Shown here in pieces: positions 49,601-63,350 of a stretch of 64,000 nucleotides of DNA. Made by a program: the position numbers and the translations under genes. The notes beneath the pieces were generated by a model. It was not told the DNA's origin. It searched no databases and worked only from the letters and a program-made list of their open reading frames with translations. Position 1 is the first letter of the stretch. The number at the start of each line of letters is the position of its first letter. The stretch is from Geosiphon pyriformis uo1 (lineage: Eukaryota > Fungi > Glomeromycota): the NCBI GenBank assembly GCA_016748015.1, contig JAAOMT010000590.1, positions 367,912 through 431,911 on the forward strand, given 5' to 3'.

Positions 49601-52600
49601 AATTATTTTTTTATTTATATGGCTTAGAAATCATTAAAACTTATGCTTTCTTTTAAGAAACAAATTTACATATTAAATAAAAGTTTATAAAATCTAAAAA
49701 TATATCTATTATTATTTTGTTATAATATTTTTACAACTTATTTGAAATACTAAATAAACCAGTTTTTTTTCTATTAAACAGTTTTATTATTATACTTAGC
49801 AATTTATTAAAACTAATAAGACATATAATATTAGAAAAAATATTATCAATAATATAAATTAACAAAAGATATTGTTAATATTATATCTTAAAAACAACTT
49901 CTAATATCTTGCACTTTCTTGTTTAACTTTTTATAATTATATTTATTTTAAATTTAATCAAATTAAGCTTTAACACTAATTTTTTATTAATTATTAAATG
50001 ATTCAGAATTATTTTGTAAAAAAAATGTTTTAAAATACTATGAATTATATGGTTTTTGTTTACCTTAAAACTTTTTATTTTTTTATTAATAACAGATTTA
50101 ATTCATATTTTTTCAACATGTTAAGATTTTGTTATTTTTAGCACTCAATAAAACTTTTTTGTTTTTAATAGAACAGACTAAATAATATTAAAATAAATAT
50201 TTAAATTAATGAAAACTATTATTTTAGAAGCATTAACAGTATTAAAAGAAAGCCAAATTTGCAAAAGTAAATTGAATATACTACTTGGAATTAAAAAAGA
50301 GGTCTTAATTAACTTAGAAACCAAAGTTTTTAATTTATAAAAACAAAATAAAGATTTAATAAAAACACTATTATAATTTTTGAATCAAATCTTAAATAAA
50401 TTTTTATTTGCTAAAAGGCAGATTATTCTTTGAACAATATTTTATATTCTATTTATATTACAAAATTTTTTTATAAAAATAAAATTATTAATATATATAA
50501 CAGTAATATTAAGTATTAATACTTTGAACAATTTTTATTTTAACTTATTAGCATTTTTAAAATTAAATTTCTAGTGATTTTTATTGGTCTAAATTTAAAA
50601 AATTCTTAAAACAGTATTTAATAAATTATTAAAATTAATAATAATATAAATAAAATTATGATTAGTATTAAAAATTTATTTACACTTATGATTTCTTTAT
50701 TAATTAATATTATTTATAAAGTTTGACAAAATAAAAATAAAATTAATAATTTTTTTAACATTTTTAAAGTTTTTTTTATGTAAAAATCTTAATAAATAAA
50801 CTACTAATTAAAAAATTGACCAAGTTAAGATTTAAACATTTCTTGAAACTAGTATTATATTTAATACTATTTTTATTAAAATTATTTTTTAAAATAATAA
50901 AAGTACTTTTATTAAATATACTGAATATAAAAAAATTGATAATAGATGTTTGATCTAAACATATTTTTAAAAATATATTTGCATACAATTCTAATACAAA
51001 AATTAATTATTTGTTTTTAAACAATAAATAAATTATTAAAAGCCTACTAAAAACTTCTGAAATTTTTAAAATATATCTAGTCAAATATTCATTCATAATT
51101 AAAGCAATATTAATATTTAAATATTTTAAATTTAAATCAGAAATAAATACTTATATTTATAAATTTACTTGCAATTTACAGTTTAATATTAAAATAAAGC
51201 TTAGTTTTAATAATAATTAAAATTTAATGATTGATTAATATATTATAATATTATTATTTTTGATTTTTGTTAATTTCTATCGAATAACAACAGTTTAATA
51301 ATAATAGAGGAAAAAAATCAGTTAATTTACAAAAAATTTTAATAATATAATTAAATAAAAGCTTTATAAAATGTTTTAGTATGTTTAAATAAGAAGCCAA
51401 AGCCAAAACAATAAAATTTTTTTTAGGTTTATTAACTAATACATTCATCAAAAAAACACCAATAAATAATTCAAATAAAAAAATTTTAAAATTACTACTT
51501 ACTATAAAGACTTAAGTTGTTCTACTAAAAAAAATTAAATAAAATACAAAAACTTGCTTTTTTATATAAATATAAGCAATATATATTTTATTTAACATAG
51601 AGAATTTTTTGAATTCTGTTCAAGTAGTTTAAAATCTGATTTGCAAGTATTTAAAATATAATTGAAATTTTTATATTTAATATACTTAAAAAAAAATAAA
51701 CCATTTCAAATTAGATTAATATCTCTAAAAATAAAAGTTAAATAAATAGCAGTGTCTTTATTTATAACAAACTTAAAACATACAATAACACAATATATTT
51801 ATATATAAAAAACAGAATTACAAGAAATAAAACAAGTTTTTTTACTATAAAATAAGACCAAATTTAATAGATTATAAATAATAGTGCTTATTAGCAAAGT
51901 ATTTAAAAAAGCACAATAGTGGTTTTTTAAATTTTATATTTATTTATTAATATTAGTTTTAACAATATATATTGAATTTTTTTTTAATAAAATTAATTAT
52001 TTGAAAGTAATCAGATCAATAATATCAAAACTTTTAAACTTAATTAAAACTTTCTGTTAAAAACCAATAAGCTGTATTTTAATAGAAACAATTTTATCAA
52101 ATTTAGATAATATTAATTTAAGTACTAATTTAGAAAAAGCTATTAGAATTTCTTTAATTATAATTTTTCAATTCAATTAATATTAATTTATTTTAGATTA
52201 GTATTAACCAAATTTTTTTTACAACCAGCTATTTAACAGTTTTTAAACTAGTTTCAGAAGTAAATAAAGCTCTAATAATATTTTAAAATTCTAAAAGAGT
52301 CAATACTTTTTCAAAATTGTTAATTTTATAGAAAATTTTTTAATAAACTTGATTTTTATATTCAAATTTTTGTCAAATATAACTGTAAAGTTAATGTTCA
52401 ATAAAAATAATTTGACCAGATTAAAACAATTTTTTTTAATATTTATAATAAATTAAAAAATAGAATTAATTGAAAAAAAAGTTAAAAAAACAAAAATTTT
52501 TTCATTATTAGAGTTTTTAAAACCTAGTTTTTTTAAAAAAATTTTAAATTATAGAACTAAATACAAGTTTTTTTGAGTGTTATTTTATTTATGTTCTTAT

Positions 52601-52750
52601 TATTATTAGAGTTATTAAAGTCTATAAAACTGGTTTTTTTTATTATTGTATTTTTTAAGTTATTTACATTAAACAAATTATTAATACTACTTTTTTTACT
52701 TTTTATTTACTGTTTTAAGAGTAATATCTAATAACATTATTATTTTTAAG
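46661..52750 (-). mobile_element. Near full-length, extremely AT-decayed LINE (ORF1, APE endonuclease, RT, C-terminus)
   Basis: EN remnants (NNFNKN for GDFN, FNTNH for DTDH) at 50600-51200. RT remnants LWLILQDMYKA (49347-49541), FVNNTI and YKYLNIF. Confidence 0.75.
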
Positions 52751-53104
52751 CATATTTATGATTAAAAATTCAGCCAAGAAATTCACAAAATTAAAATTAG
52801 TAATGAATTTTTTTAATCTTTAATCAAACTTTTTTAGTATATAAATATTTGAGTTATAATTTTTTTTTATGTTAGAACAATTTTTTACTTTAGTCTTGTT
52901 AAAATTTGTAAAATTAGTTTACATATTAATATGTTTTATAATCATAAACAGATTTATATTGAAAAAAATAATTAAAATAAGTAAAAAAATAAGTAAAAAA
53001 ATAAATATAATTAAATTTTTTCAAATCTTAATGGTCTTGTTATAAACAAAAAATTAATAAAATAAAGAGTTTTTTTGTTTTATTAAATTTTAATTAAAAT
53101 ATAC

Positions 53105-54955
53105 TTAATTTTTTAATTAACATTTTACAAATGAAGTCCAAATACTGTTTAATACAATACATTATAAAAGTAATCTAAACTAGATGTAAATCATATAATA
53201 TCTACATATAACCAGCCACTTAAGCTAATTAAAACAATAATAAACATTTATATATACTGAAACATTATTTTCAATGTCTAAAAAAAAAACAAGACTTACA
53301 TAATCCAAAACTAACACCAAAAATCTTAACAATACCAAGTAATTTAATCATATTAGTAAAAAATGCCAAAGACATTCCAAAAACTAAAACAGATGTCAAA
53401 CCATTAAGTGATATTAAACTATTTTTTTTTATAAAAGCATAATATATAATATGGATCAACCAAATCTTATTTCTAAAAGCAAGACAGAAATTATGCACAA
53501 AGTTTATAATCTTCAAACTTGCAACTTTGGAATTTTTGAAGACATACACAGCTTTCTAAAGCCAATTACTAAAAACAAAGTTCTTACAAAAAGCTGTACA
53601 TATTGTAGCATTCAAAACACAAGAAGACAACAACTGAATTATACAAAAAAAAATGAAAAAAACCAGACAGCACATTCTAAGCAGTTATAAAGATATCCAA
53701 CAGCTGACAGCAAACAGAATTGTCAAATATACAAGAAAAAACATGGTCTGAGACTTTAATATCATTACAAAACATATACAACACATTAGAATAGTGCTTA
53801 TTATATAAGCATTTTTGAACAGCTACAAACAGCTAATAGTGTAAAGCTTTTATAAAATAAATGTGAGTGTTAACAGTCTATTTATTAGTGAAATCAGCAG
53901 CCATATAAGAATTGGAGTGCCATACCAAGAAAAAACTCAGCCAATCAATATTCAAGACCAAACTATTTATCAAAATCTTAGAGCCAGAACTGACTTTCCA
54001 ATGCATATAGTATATGGACCAAAAAATGTTACAAACCAAATGTCTAGAATTACCAAAAATAATATCACTTTTAGTCTTAATAAAATGTTTTTTTAAATAA
54101 AGAGAGAGATGCCAATTAGAAAAAAATACAATATTAGTAAGTGTATTAGTGTATTCATTACTCAGAACTTCCAAGTAACTTTTTACTTTATGTCAATTAA
54201 CATTCAAATTCTTGTTCTGAATAATGTCCATAATGTATTAACATTTAATCCAACATCTATTTTGAAAATCCAGATATAATAAATTTAATTCCAATTTGCA
54301 CACATCTAAAACAGCTTAACTATTCATAAAAAGTTGAACTGAGTTATAAGAAAAGACATATTCAAAAGCCAATACAATAGTCTGTAGCTCTGTTAAAATC
54401 AAAAACATTAGACCAGAAACTTCAATATTTAAATCCAAACTGATATCCTTAAAAAAAACTATAGCTTCAGTCTTTATACCAGATGTTCTTATGTTCTTTA
54501 AAAATTCATATATGTAAACAGATAGACTATTAGCATTAACATCTGACAAATGACTATGAACTAATCCAAATTCATAAGACTCAAAAACATTTGAAGACCC
54601 AAAACTATCTAACATAAGAAAACAAATAAAAGAAGATGTTATGTTACTAAGAAATTTAATAAAAAGTTCGAACCATTCAGGAATAGAGCCATGAAGATCC
54701 AATTTTTTTCATTACTTAAAGGTTTTTCAATCAAAAATGGTATTATTATAACCATGAAGTTGTTTCACAAAAACAATGCTATATTACTAAAGTAAAAAAA
54801 AAAATTTAAAAAACTTAAATTTGCCAAAAACAGACAACATAAGAATCCTATTCAAAAGATAGAAGGAATTGTTTAGAGGACCACTTAAAGATAAATCATA
54901 CTCAGAAAAAAAATGAACCACATTTGCCAAAAATTATTAGAAAAACTGACCCTAA
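53105..54955 (-). mobile_element. 5'-truncated LINE: RNase H, Cys/His C-terminus and 3' UTR
   Basis: ORF 54316-54702 LSVYIYEFL...TELQTIVLAFE...QLFMNS is a decayed RNase H (YTDGS, AEL, SDS). A KVKSY-like (KVKGH) motif follows. C..C...VSDHVF near 53740-53790. Shared tail at 53110-53240. Confidence 0.8.
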
Positions 54956-55447
54956 TATGAATTGATTATACTTAATTAATATAATTAAAAAAAACATATT
55001 GTTAAATTTAATTTAATTATATTTTTTTTTAAAAATAAACTTTTTTATATATTTTTGAATTGTATTTTAACATTTATTTTTGCAATAATTTTTTTAAAAT
55101 AAATATAAATTTTAATAGATTATTAAATATTTTAATAATTTACATTTTAGTAAACTTTTTAATATTATATAATTTAAAATATTATATAATACTATTATAT
55201 TATTTAATTATATTTGTGTATTATACAAATTAAATTATTAACAAAATAAAAATTATAAACAATTTAGATAAAGAATCAATGCCAAATATAAAATAATAAT
55301 TATGTTAATTTGATAATAAAAAATAAAAATAATTTTATAATAAGTTTTAAATCAAATTTTAATTAATAACAGTAATTAATAACATGCAAAAAACATATAA
55401 ACCATATTTATTATAAAACATGTGTATATTATATGTATATAGATAGT

Positions 55448-55627
55448 TTTTTTCAGGTGTCAATGACTCGGTTTCGGTTCATATAACTGCATAGTGTTGT
55501 TCCGATCGGCCTGAGTGGCTGGTCGCGTGTAGAAAATGCATGATTCACACCTAGTTTAGATCATTTCTTTGATGTATAGCTCTAGGCAGTGTTTGGACCT
55601 CACTCGTTAAATAATAATAATAAAAAA
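55448..55627 (+). mobile_element. 180-bp 5'-truncated LINE insertion with (TAA)n tail and 11-bp TSD
   Basis: Encodes the ORF2 end FFSGVNDSVSVHITA*, then the shared 3' UTR. TSD atatagatagt at 55437-47 and 55628-38. Confidence 0.88.
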
Positions 55628-55958
55628 ATATAGATAGTGGTTAAATTTCATTCAATAAAGCATTCAAAAAAGTATTAATTAAATTGTAAAAATTTGTGTT
55701 AAAAACTTAATAAAACAATCTATAATTAATGTAATATGTTTAAATGTTAAATTTTATTGATCATGTAAAATTTCATATCACATTTTATTCGTGATTATAT
55801 TGCTTAGTCAGTGCTGACGCGACGTCATTCGAAGAATTTTTTGTTGATCTCGGGAGGGTTCGAGAATTTCTAAGTTGACAATTAATTTTTCGGGACGTTT
55901 TATAAGTTCTTCATGAACACTCTTCTCAAATATATTAATTACCTTTTCTTGAGCCAAT

Positions 55959-58592
55959 ATGTACTCCTTTCTGGTGCGCACCGGTAGCATAGCAGGCTGT
56001 CAAGTTGCGTTAAATTATCGCTCAAATCTACGAAATTACACGTTAATGCTAAGGCGACAACCACTTTTGGTCGACTCTTTATCTTTTAGGGTTTCACGAA
56101 ATGCTGGACTTTTTGACCATAGCCATATTTTTTTAAGACGAAAGCCCAAGCACTTTAGGTCATATGCCAGTGAAACTGAACAGTCAAAACCTAATAGTGC
56201 CACTGCTGAAAATTCAAATTCCAATAAGGAAAAAAAAGACGAAAATAAAACTGAACAAAAACCCAGTTCTCAAGAAAATAATAGCGTTAGCGAGCAGGAC
56301 AAAAAAACACCCCAAGATATTTTCAAATTTTTTGAAAGTTTTTTCAACAAGAATAGGCCTAATACATCATCAGATAGCCATCAGGGTTCCAAATCTTCAA
56401 AACCAGATACAGAGGGCATTCCACGTCCTCCAGATGATGAAAAATCATCGGCCCCCAAGCAGCCACAGGAATCAAAAGAGGCCTGGACAATGACTTTGAA
56501 TCTCAATTCATTATTGCCGCTTATTTTCTCAGCATATATTTTGTATAATCTAATTGGTGGTGGTGAACATCCCCGAGAAATTACTTGGCAAGAATTTCGG
56601 ACTGCATTCTTTGAAAAAGGACTCGTAGATAAATTGGTTGTAGTAAATAGAAAGAAAGTCAAAGTTTATTTACACTCTAATGCTACGGGACAAATGTACC
56701 CTGATTCACGGCCATTGCCCGGGGCGCCATATTACTTTAGTATCGGATCTGTGGAAGAATTTGAACGAAAATTGGAAAAGACTCAAGAAGAACTGGGTAT
56801 ACCTCCAACTGAACGTATACCTGTGGCATACCATGACGAAATTAATATCATGAACACCATATTACATTTTGCACCCACACTTCTTTTGGCGGGTGCGCTT
56901 TTTTGGATAACAAGACGTGCTGGTGGTGCTGCTGGCTCTCAGGGTATATTCGGAATTGGTAAATCCAAAGCGAAATTATACAATCATGAAACAGAAGTTA
57001 AAGTAAAGTTCAAAGATGTGGCTGGAATGGATGAGGCCAAAGAAGAGATAATGGAATTTGTCAAATTTTTAAAAGATCCATCGGCTTATGAAAAGTTAGG
57101 TGCAAAAATACCTAAAGGTGCAATTCTAAGTGGACCTCCAGGAACTGGTAAAACATTATTAGCCAAAGCAACTGCAGGCGAAGCAGAAGTTCCGTTTTTA
57201 AGTGTATCTGGTTCTGAATTTGTGGAAATGTTTGTCGGCGTGGGCCCATCTAGAGTCCGTGATCTATTTGCAAGTGCTAAAAAGCACGCACCTTGTATAA
57301 TATTTGTGGATGAAATCGATGCAATCGGAAAATCTCGCGGTAAAAGTGGTCAATTTGGAGGAAATGATGAACGGGAAAGTACTTTAAATCAATTATTGGT
57401 AGAAATGGATGGGTTCGGCTCGAGTGAACACGTGGTTGTTTTAGCGGGTACAAATCGTCCTGATGTACTTGATCCAGCTTTGATGCGTCCTGGAAGATTT
57501 GATCGTCATATAGCGCTTGATCGACCAGATATTAAAGGCAGGAGTGCTATTTTCAAAGTACATTTGCGTCCAATCAAAACACATGAAGATATAGAACGAT
57601 TGTCAAATAAACTGGCCGCATTGACGCCGGGTTTCTCTGGAGCAGATATTGCTAATGTCTGTAATGAAGCAGCATTAATTGCTGCACGTTATCATAAAGA
57701 TTCGGTGGGTGAAGAACATTTCGAACAAGCAATTGAGCGAGTTATTGCTGGGCTTGAAAAGAAATCACGCGTATTGTCACCTGATGAAAAAAAAACTGTT
57801 GCGTATCATGAGGCCGGGCATGCTGTTGCTGGTTGGTTTTTGGAGCATGCTGATCCTCTCCTTAAGGTTTCTATAATTCCTCGTGGAACGGCTGCAATTG
57901 GTTATGCGCAATATCTACCAAGGGATCAATACCTATATTCTACTGCTCAACTTCTTGATAGAATGTGTATGACACTTGGGGGTCGTGTCTCTGAACAAAT
58001 ATTCTTTCAAATGATTACCACCGGAGCTCATGATGATCTACAAAAAGTCACCAAGTTGGCGTACGCTCAAGTCTCCACATACGGGATGAATCAAAATATT
58101 GGCCCATTGTCATTTTACAGCCCTAATGATAATGATCCTCAATTTCAGAAGCCATATTCAGAAGAGACGGCTCGTATGATCGATGATGAAGTAAGAAAGT
58201 TGGTGGCATACGCTCATGAACGTACCGTCAAATTGTTGAAAGGTCGAAAAAATGACGTAGAAAGAGTGGCACAATTATTATTGTCAAAAGAAGTGTTAAA
58301 TAGAGAGGATATGGTTTCCCTGTTAGGAAAAAGACCGTTCATTGAGAAAAGTCCATATGATGAATACGTAAAACCAAAAAATCCCTCACCTCCAGAACAA
58401 TCTCCTCAAGAATCTCAGCCACTATCTTCACCAGAATCTACATCACAATCCCCTGAACCATCTCCCCAAGAAGCCCCGTCGCAATCTCCTAAAAAACCTC
58501 TCCAAGAATCTCAGCAACTATCTTCACAAGGATCTCCGTCAGAATCTCCCGGACAACCTCCTACCACAAATTTGAGAGGCAAAGATGATTGA
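55959..58592 (+). CDS. AFG3: Mitochondrial m-AAA metalloprotease (AFG3/YTA10/YTA12 family), single exon
   Basis: Presequence-like N-terminus, two TM segments around EITWQEF, Walker A GPPGTGKT, Walker [30 protein letters not shown] zinc motif. Confidence 0.96.
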   Translation: MYSFLVRTGSIAGCQVALNYRSNLRNYTLMLRRQPLLVDSLSFRVSRNAGLFDHSHIFLRRKPKHFRSYASETEQSKPNSATAENSNSNKEKKDENKTEQKPSSQENNSVSEQDKKTPQDIFKFFESFFNKNRPNTSSDSHQGSKSSKPDTEGIPRPPDDEKSSAPKQPQESKEAWTMTLNLNSLLPLIFSAYILYNLIGGGEHPREITWQEFRTAFFEKGLVDKLVVVNRKKVKVYLHSNATGQMYPDSRPLPGAPYYFSIGSVEEFERKLEKTQEELGIPPTERIPVAYHDEINIMNTILHFAPTLLLAGALFWITRRAGGAAGSQGIFGIGKSKAKLYNHETEVKVKFKDVAGMDEAKEEIMEFVKFLKDPSAYEKLGAKIPKGAILSGPPGTGKTLLAKATAGEAEVPFLSVSGSEFVEMFVGVGPSRVRDLFASAKKHAPCIIFVDEIDAIGKSRGKSGQFGGNDERESTLNQLLVEMDGFGSSEHVVVLAGTNRPDVLDPALMRPGRFDRHIALDRPDIKGRSAIFKVHLRPIKTHEDIERLSNKLAALTPGFSGADIANVCNEAALIAARYHKDSVGEEHFEQAIERVIAGLEKKSRVLSPDEKKTVAYHEAGHAVAGWFLEHADPLLKVSIIPRGTAAIGYAQYLPRDQYLYSTAQLLDRMCMTLGGRVSEQIFFQMITTGAHDDLQKVTKLAYAQVSTYGMNQNIGPLSFYSPNDNDPQFQKPYSEETARMIDDEVRKLVAYAHERTVKLLKGRKNDVERVAQLLLSKEVLNREDMVSLLGKRPFIEKSPYDEYVKPKNPSPPEQSPQESQPLSSPESTSQSPEPSPQEAPSQSPKKPLQESQQLSSQGSPSESPGQPPTTNLRGKDD
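58399..58562 (+). repeat. Internal coding duplication giving an S/P/Q/E-rich C-terminal tail
   Basis: [16 protein letters not shown] versus [16 protein letters not shown]; the DNA repeat caagaatctcagc.actatcttcac occurs twice. Confidence 0.75.
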
Positions 58593-58922
58593 ATGCATAG
58601 GTGGATCTAGTTAATTAAAAGGACAATAATTTCATTATACATCACTCCTGACACAACTATCATAGCATTCAACGTTTTTTTCTTCGATTTTTGTAAATTT
58701 TAATTTCACAAAGTAATTAGATTCCAAACAGAAAAATCAATATTTAAATAAATTTTGGAAAATATTTCCTAGACAATTGGGACTCTTTAATGTTCGATTA
58801 TTCAAGATCAGCCTGCTGAATTTGCAAATAAACATTTTTGCCATGCCATATTGATTCAGACATTAAAGATGCATAAAGTCCAAAATTAAAATAGAATTCC
58901 TGCTGAAATTCAAATTTTCTAC

Positions 58923-61272
58923 CTATCTGGGGGAAATTACTTCATGAGCTCGTTTTCGCCAAAATACACGTTTAAGCACAATTAACAAACTTTGAGTTGT
59001 GTTGATTCGATCTTTTATAATTACGCCAACAATATTCCATTCAAGATCTTGAAGGGTCAAGTCATCACGGAGAGTTTCTTCAAGATTTAATTTTTCCAAG
59101 GGTAAAAATGGAATTAATGGGTAGCTATCATCTTGGCGGGTTAGAGGTATGTGCTCACCCAACTGTATTGACGGTAAAACAACGGCAAAACGATATCTAT
59201 CCGACCTTGGGTCATATGAGATTTCGTATCTGTATGGTTGCATAATAAGGCTTAGTTCTGAAAAAGCCAATTTTTAGGAATTGATTATCATGGAAAGAAA
59301 TTAAAATTACCTTTCTTCATCGTTTTCTAAAAACATTACGTCGCTTCTTAATTGCCTTAAAAGCTTTTCTTGATTGGCCATCAATTGCGGAATATATTTG
59401 AAGCTGTTTTGACAAAGTATAATTAACATTTTGATGGAAATTCAAATTTTTAATGAGTATTTTTGTTAGCTCAATTGATCTCCAACAAGGCATTTACGTC
59501 ATAAGGATCTCACATATAAGCCATACCAAGGATCCCCATCAATGTTAAACCCAAGCAATGCACTTTGATCAGATGCTATCCGATTGTCTTTATTTTCACC
59601 AAATGCTAAACGCTTCAATCGATGAAATCGTTGTAGTCGCTGCTTACGACCTCCACCTCGAGCTCTTCCGTATGCTTCTCCTTCCTATAAATTGATAATA
59701 TATATTAAATCTATTAAAATAAATTTAAATGAAAAATCCAACTTACTTTCATCTTTCGAACACCTTCAATCTTGAAACTAACGCCATGATGATTTCCCCA
59801 TGACCTGCTCTTGATCCTATTACGCATAGTTGACGTGTATTGTACCAACTTTGGAAGGACACGTATTGTAACGCATAAATCATGATCTGGACAACTGGAT
59901 ATCCATTGTGACTTTGGAAGTTTTGGTATAAAGTTGCCAGTATGTATAAGAACTATAAAATATTGTAAAATAAATTTGTTTATAGAATGAACTTTTCAAA
60001 ATGTCTTGTATAAAATAAATCAAATGTTATGAGAATACCCGCAACTACATCTGAATCATCTGAATAAACATCCGTTCCCCATAACCAACGTTTCCTAACT
60101 TTGGAATTATCCCATGTCAAATGTTGGGAAGAAATCCAGACTTCTAGAAGTCCATTCTCATGAAATTCCAGAGGTGGAAGGATTTCTTTAGGATTATAAA
60201 CGATATAGCCTATTTTGAATTTAATTAATGAATATTAATTACTTTGGCACCTAAAGAAAATAAATTGGCTTTTGCAATATGTGGAGATATTTAAGAAAGA
60301 CTTGATTTTGGTTTAAAATCGATTTTAAGGAGTTCTAAAATCAATATAAAAAATAAACTCATTCATACCAAGACGTTTTTCTTCAACGCCTCTCATATTT
60401 AATGCTTCGTCATTGTGTACTATTAATTTTCGACGTCTTGGCTCAAATTCTTGGTCATAATGAAATTCATTAGATATTGAAGCAGCTATAGAAAGATTAT
60501 CCTCATAAATTGCTTCATTTTCATTATTCATGTAGCTTATTGTAGTTTCTGGTATGGAGCTTTCCTCAAGAGCAACGGGACTCTTAGGAGAATCGATAGC
60601 TTCAATGGGGTGATGAGGTTGAGATTCAAGCCCTTCAATTTCGTTATCATGGTTGGTATCAGAGTCGAGAACTTCAATATGGTTACGATGACGGTGATTT
60701 GATAAAGAGTCGACGATTTCAATCTGGCGATGATGATTTAATTGGGTTTCAATCTCAATATGTTTAGAGTCGATAACGTCAAGATGAAGATTTGGTTGAG
60801 AAATGGGTGGCAAATTAGTAGTATACGAGTCTTCTTCACTCGAACTGAGGATAGAGGAAACGGACATAGGATTTGAATTATATTGAGTGGATATAGGGGA
60901 TAAATGAATAGGCCCCAGAGAGTCGATTGGAGGGAGTTCTGGGATTCCCTGAGGAAGTGGAATCTGGGGTGTGAAGGGAGCCGGCAAAACTGGGGGAAGT
61001 GAGTCAACTTTTTGCGATAATGGTGGTAGAGAAACTGATACACGTAGAGATGGTGGTGGTGGTGGTGGTGGACCATGCAAAGGTAATTGGTAAATAGGTG
61101 GAATCCCATTTGGAGGTTGAATATGAGCTGGTATAGAAGGAGCCGTGATTGGTGGTAAAGTAAGTCTAATTCTTTTTGAATGGTGGTCGGCCATTTCGGA
61201 AATTGAGGAGTCAATTCGGGAATGTGAAAAGTCTTCTAAAAGTGGTCTTTTGTGTGTGGATGACGCGTCCAT
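58923..61272 (-). CDS. RXT3: RXT3-like histone deacetylase (Rpd3L) complex subunit, 6 exons
   Basis: Approximate exons: 61272-60369, 60209-60040, 59953-59748, 59686-59529, 59403-59311, 59229-58923. Spliced product contains LWGTDVYSDDSDVVAVLIHTG, DLCVTIRVLPKLVQYTST.RN.IKSRSWGNHHGVSF. Pro-rich N-terminus. Confidence 0.88.
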
Positions 61273-62674
61273 GAAAAGGGAAAAAAAATGTATTTTCGAG
61301 GAAGCGTTAACCAAAAACAAAGAAACTCGACACAATACTTTTTGATGCCGAGTAAAAAAGATGCAGGGAATCTAGTAGACGATATATTGTAGCACTATTT
61401 CAAAACACAGATTGCATAATGAATGGGTGGTAACAAATCATTCAATGATAGCATTCGAATATTTTAAAAAAGATTTTTAATTTATCAGTATTTATTTTGG
61501 TATTTGAAAAAGTTTAAAAAGCAAGATGATGAACGAAATAGATGCTAAAAATAGTCATTGCGGAGATTCTCGAGAATTATTAAAGCCTTGTAGTATGCCA
61601 TCATTATTACTTTATGATAAAATGTAGGTCACCAATTCAAGGAATACCATTAAAGGGTTGACTGTTTTTTTGATAACGATAGGAAGCGGTTAGTGTGCTG
61701 ATTTCTTGTGATCTTTTTTGTGTAACAAATTTGGGTTTTTTCCACCTTTAAATTTCTCGATTGATCAGTTGACGTCTTTTTTAATTCAGAGATGTTCTTT
61801 TAAGTTTTTCGATGTTTCCAAATTTACTAATGATAAAAAACCTGTAAGGGAACTCTACATGATTTTGATGAAGTCATTTTAATCATATATAAAGGATCAG
61901 AGCTTTAGATAAACCAAATTTTTTGAATTATAAATAAATTTCCAAAAACTGTTTGGTCAGGAATCAAATACAATCAGTAGAATATGATGTTTTTCTCGAA
62001 ATGGGGAGGGGGGATATTGAAAAAGGGTTCTTTGAACTTGTAAGAAAAAAATTATGATTTACAAACAAAAAATCTCTTGCCATCTTTTAAAAGTAGAGTT
62101 TAATAAATTAAATTAATGAGACATAAATATATATGGTTTCAAAGCTTTGAAAAGTAAGATTTATTCATTCACAATTGAAATAATAGTTTAAGCAATTTTC
62201 CTTCAAAAAAAAGAAAAAGAATGATTGTAATCAAAAATCTTTGTTTTTAAATTTTACGTCAATTGATTTTTTTTTTTAAATTAAAGCTCGATATTATAAC
62301 ATCAAATTATTGATTGATTAATGGTTTTCTAATTTTTAAATTGAAATATTTTTACGTCTTCAAGTTAAAATATGGTCGGACTTTAAATAGTTTTGAATCT
62401 AGGTCCCTAATGTTTCTAATTGTCGTTTAACATTTACTTTTTTAAGTTTTTTAAGTTATTTAAGTTATTTATTTATTTATTAAATTACTTAATAATTTAT
62501 TTTTTAATCAAATAATTATTTTAATGATTATAATATTAAAAAAACAAATATCATTATCATAAATTTTGCAATCTTAATATTAATTTAAAATTTTTGTAAT
62601 AATTTTTTTTTAATAATAAAACATATAAATTTAGTTTTATAATTAAAGTATATATTTTTTCAATAAATAATTAA

Positions 62675-62704
62675 AATAATAATAATAATAATAATAATAA
62701 TAAT
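62675..62704. repeat. (TAA)n microsatellite
   Basis: About 10 units; a second tract lies near 63438-63461. Confidence 0.8.
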
Positions 62705-62929
62705 TAATATTTTAATAACTTAATAATAAACGATTAAAACAAAAATTTTTTAAGAATAATATCATTAGATTGATTATATACTTTTAAATTTATATACGTA
62801 TTATTTTTTATTTCAAACTTTTAAAAAAAAATTAATTTAAAGATTTTCAACCACATTTTATATTAATGAATTTATAAAAAAATAACCATTTATTTATTAG
62901 AATAAATAAAAAAAGTAATAAAAACACTA

Positions 62930-63022
62930 AGTAGTGTAGCTTTGGTCAGCTCGGGTGGCTGGTCACGTCTATTTCGGCCACACTCGTTAATGGGAAATAA
63001 AAAAATAAAAAATAAATAAAAA
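62930..63022 (+). mobile_element. Minimal LINE-type 3' tail copy (short hairpin variant) with A-rich end
   Basis: tagtgt...cgggtggctggtcacgt...cggccacactcgttaa shares both ends of the 55486-55610 tail and lacks about 65 internal nt. Confidence 0.65.
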
Positions 63023-63035
63023 TATTTTTTTTTTG

Positions 63036-63350
63036 CCGTATTTTCTCAGCATATCTCGCGGGATCTTATTCCCAATCACATTCCCATCGCGTCTTCGCAG
63101 TTAATAACCAAATCCCATCGCGCAAAATTCCTTACCAATGCAACAATCTACTTTGGCGTCCCCAAATCTCGTAATCGCATCCATATGCCAATTCTTATAC
63201 ACGAAACCCTTTGCCAAGGTCACGTACATACTCTTTAAATAATCATCAATCCCTTCCACATCAGTGTTAGTCATATTAGCTAGGATTCGACCTATACCCC
63301 AGCCCCTGGCCCACGAAATCCACAAATTTAAGCTTGATTTAGCTACAGCA
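63036..63350 (-). pseudogene. Probable fragment of a divergent LINE ORF2 C-terminus
   Basis: MYVTLAKGFVYKNWHMDAITRFGDAKV resembles the local LINE segments (YTMSKGFLFRK at ~10870, VFKNSKV at 53549). It is a GC-normal island in AT-rich DNA. Confidence 0.45.

Noticed and set aside
55959-58592. Bacterial ftsH acquired horizontally
   Set aside because: The presequence, EITWQEF intermembrane domain and [10 protein letters not shown] motif are typical of eukaryotic AFG3/YTA12.
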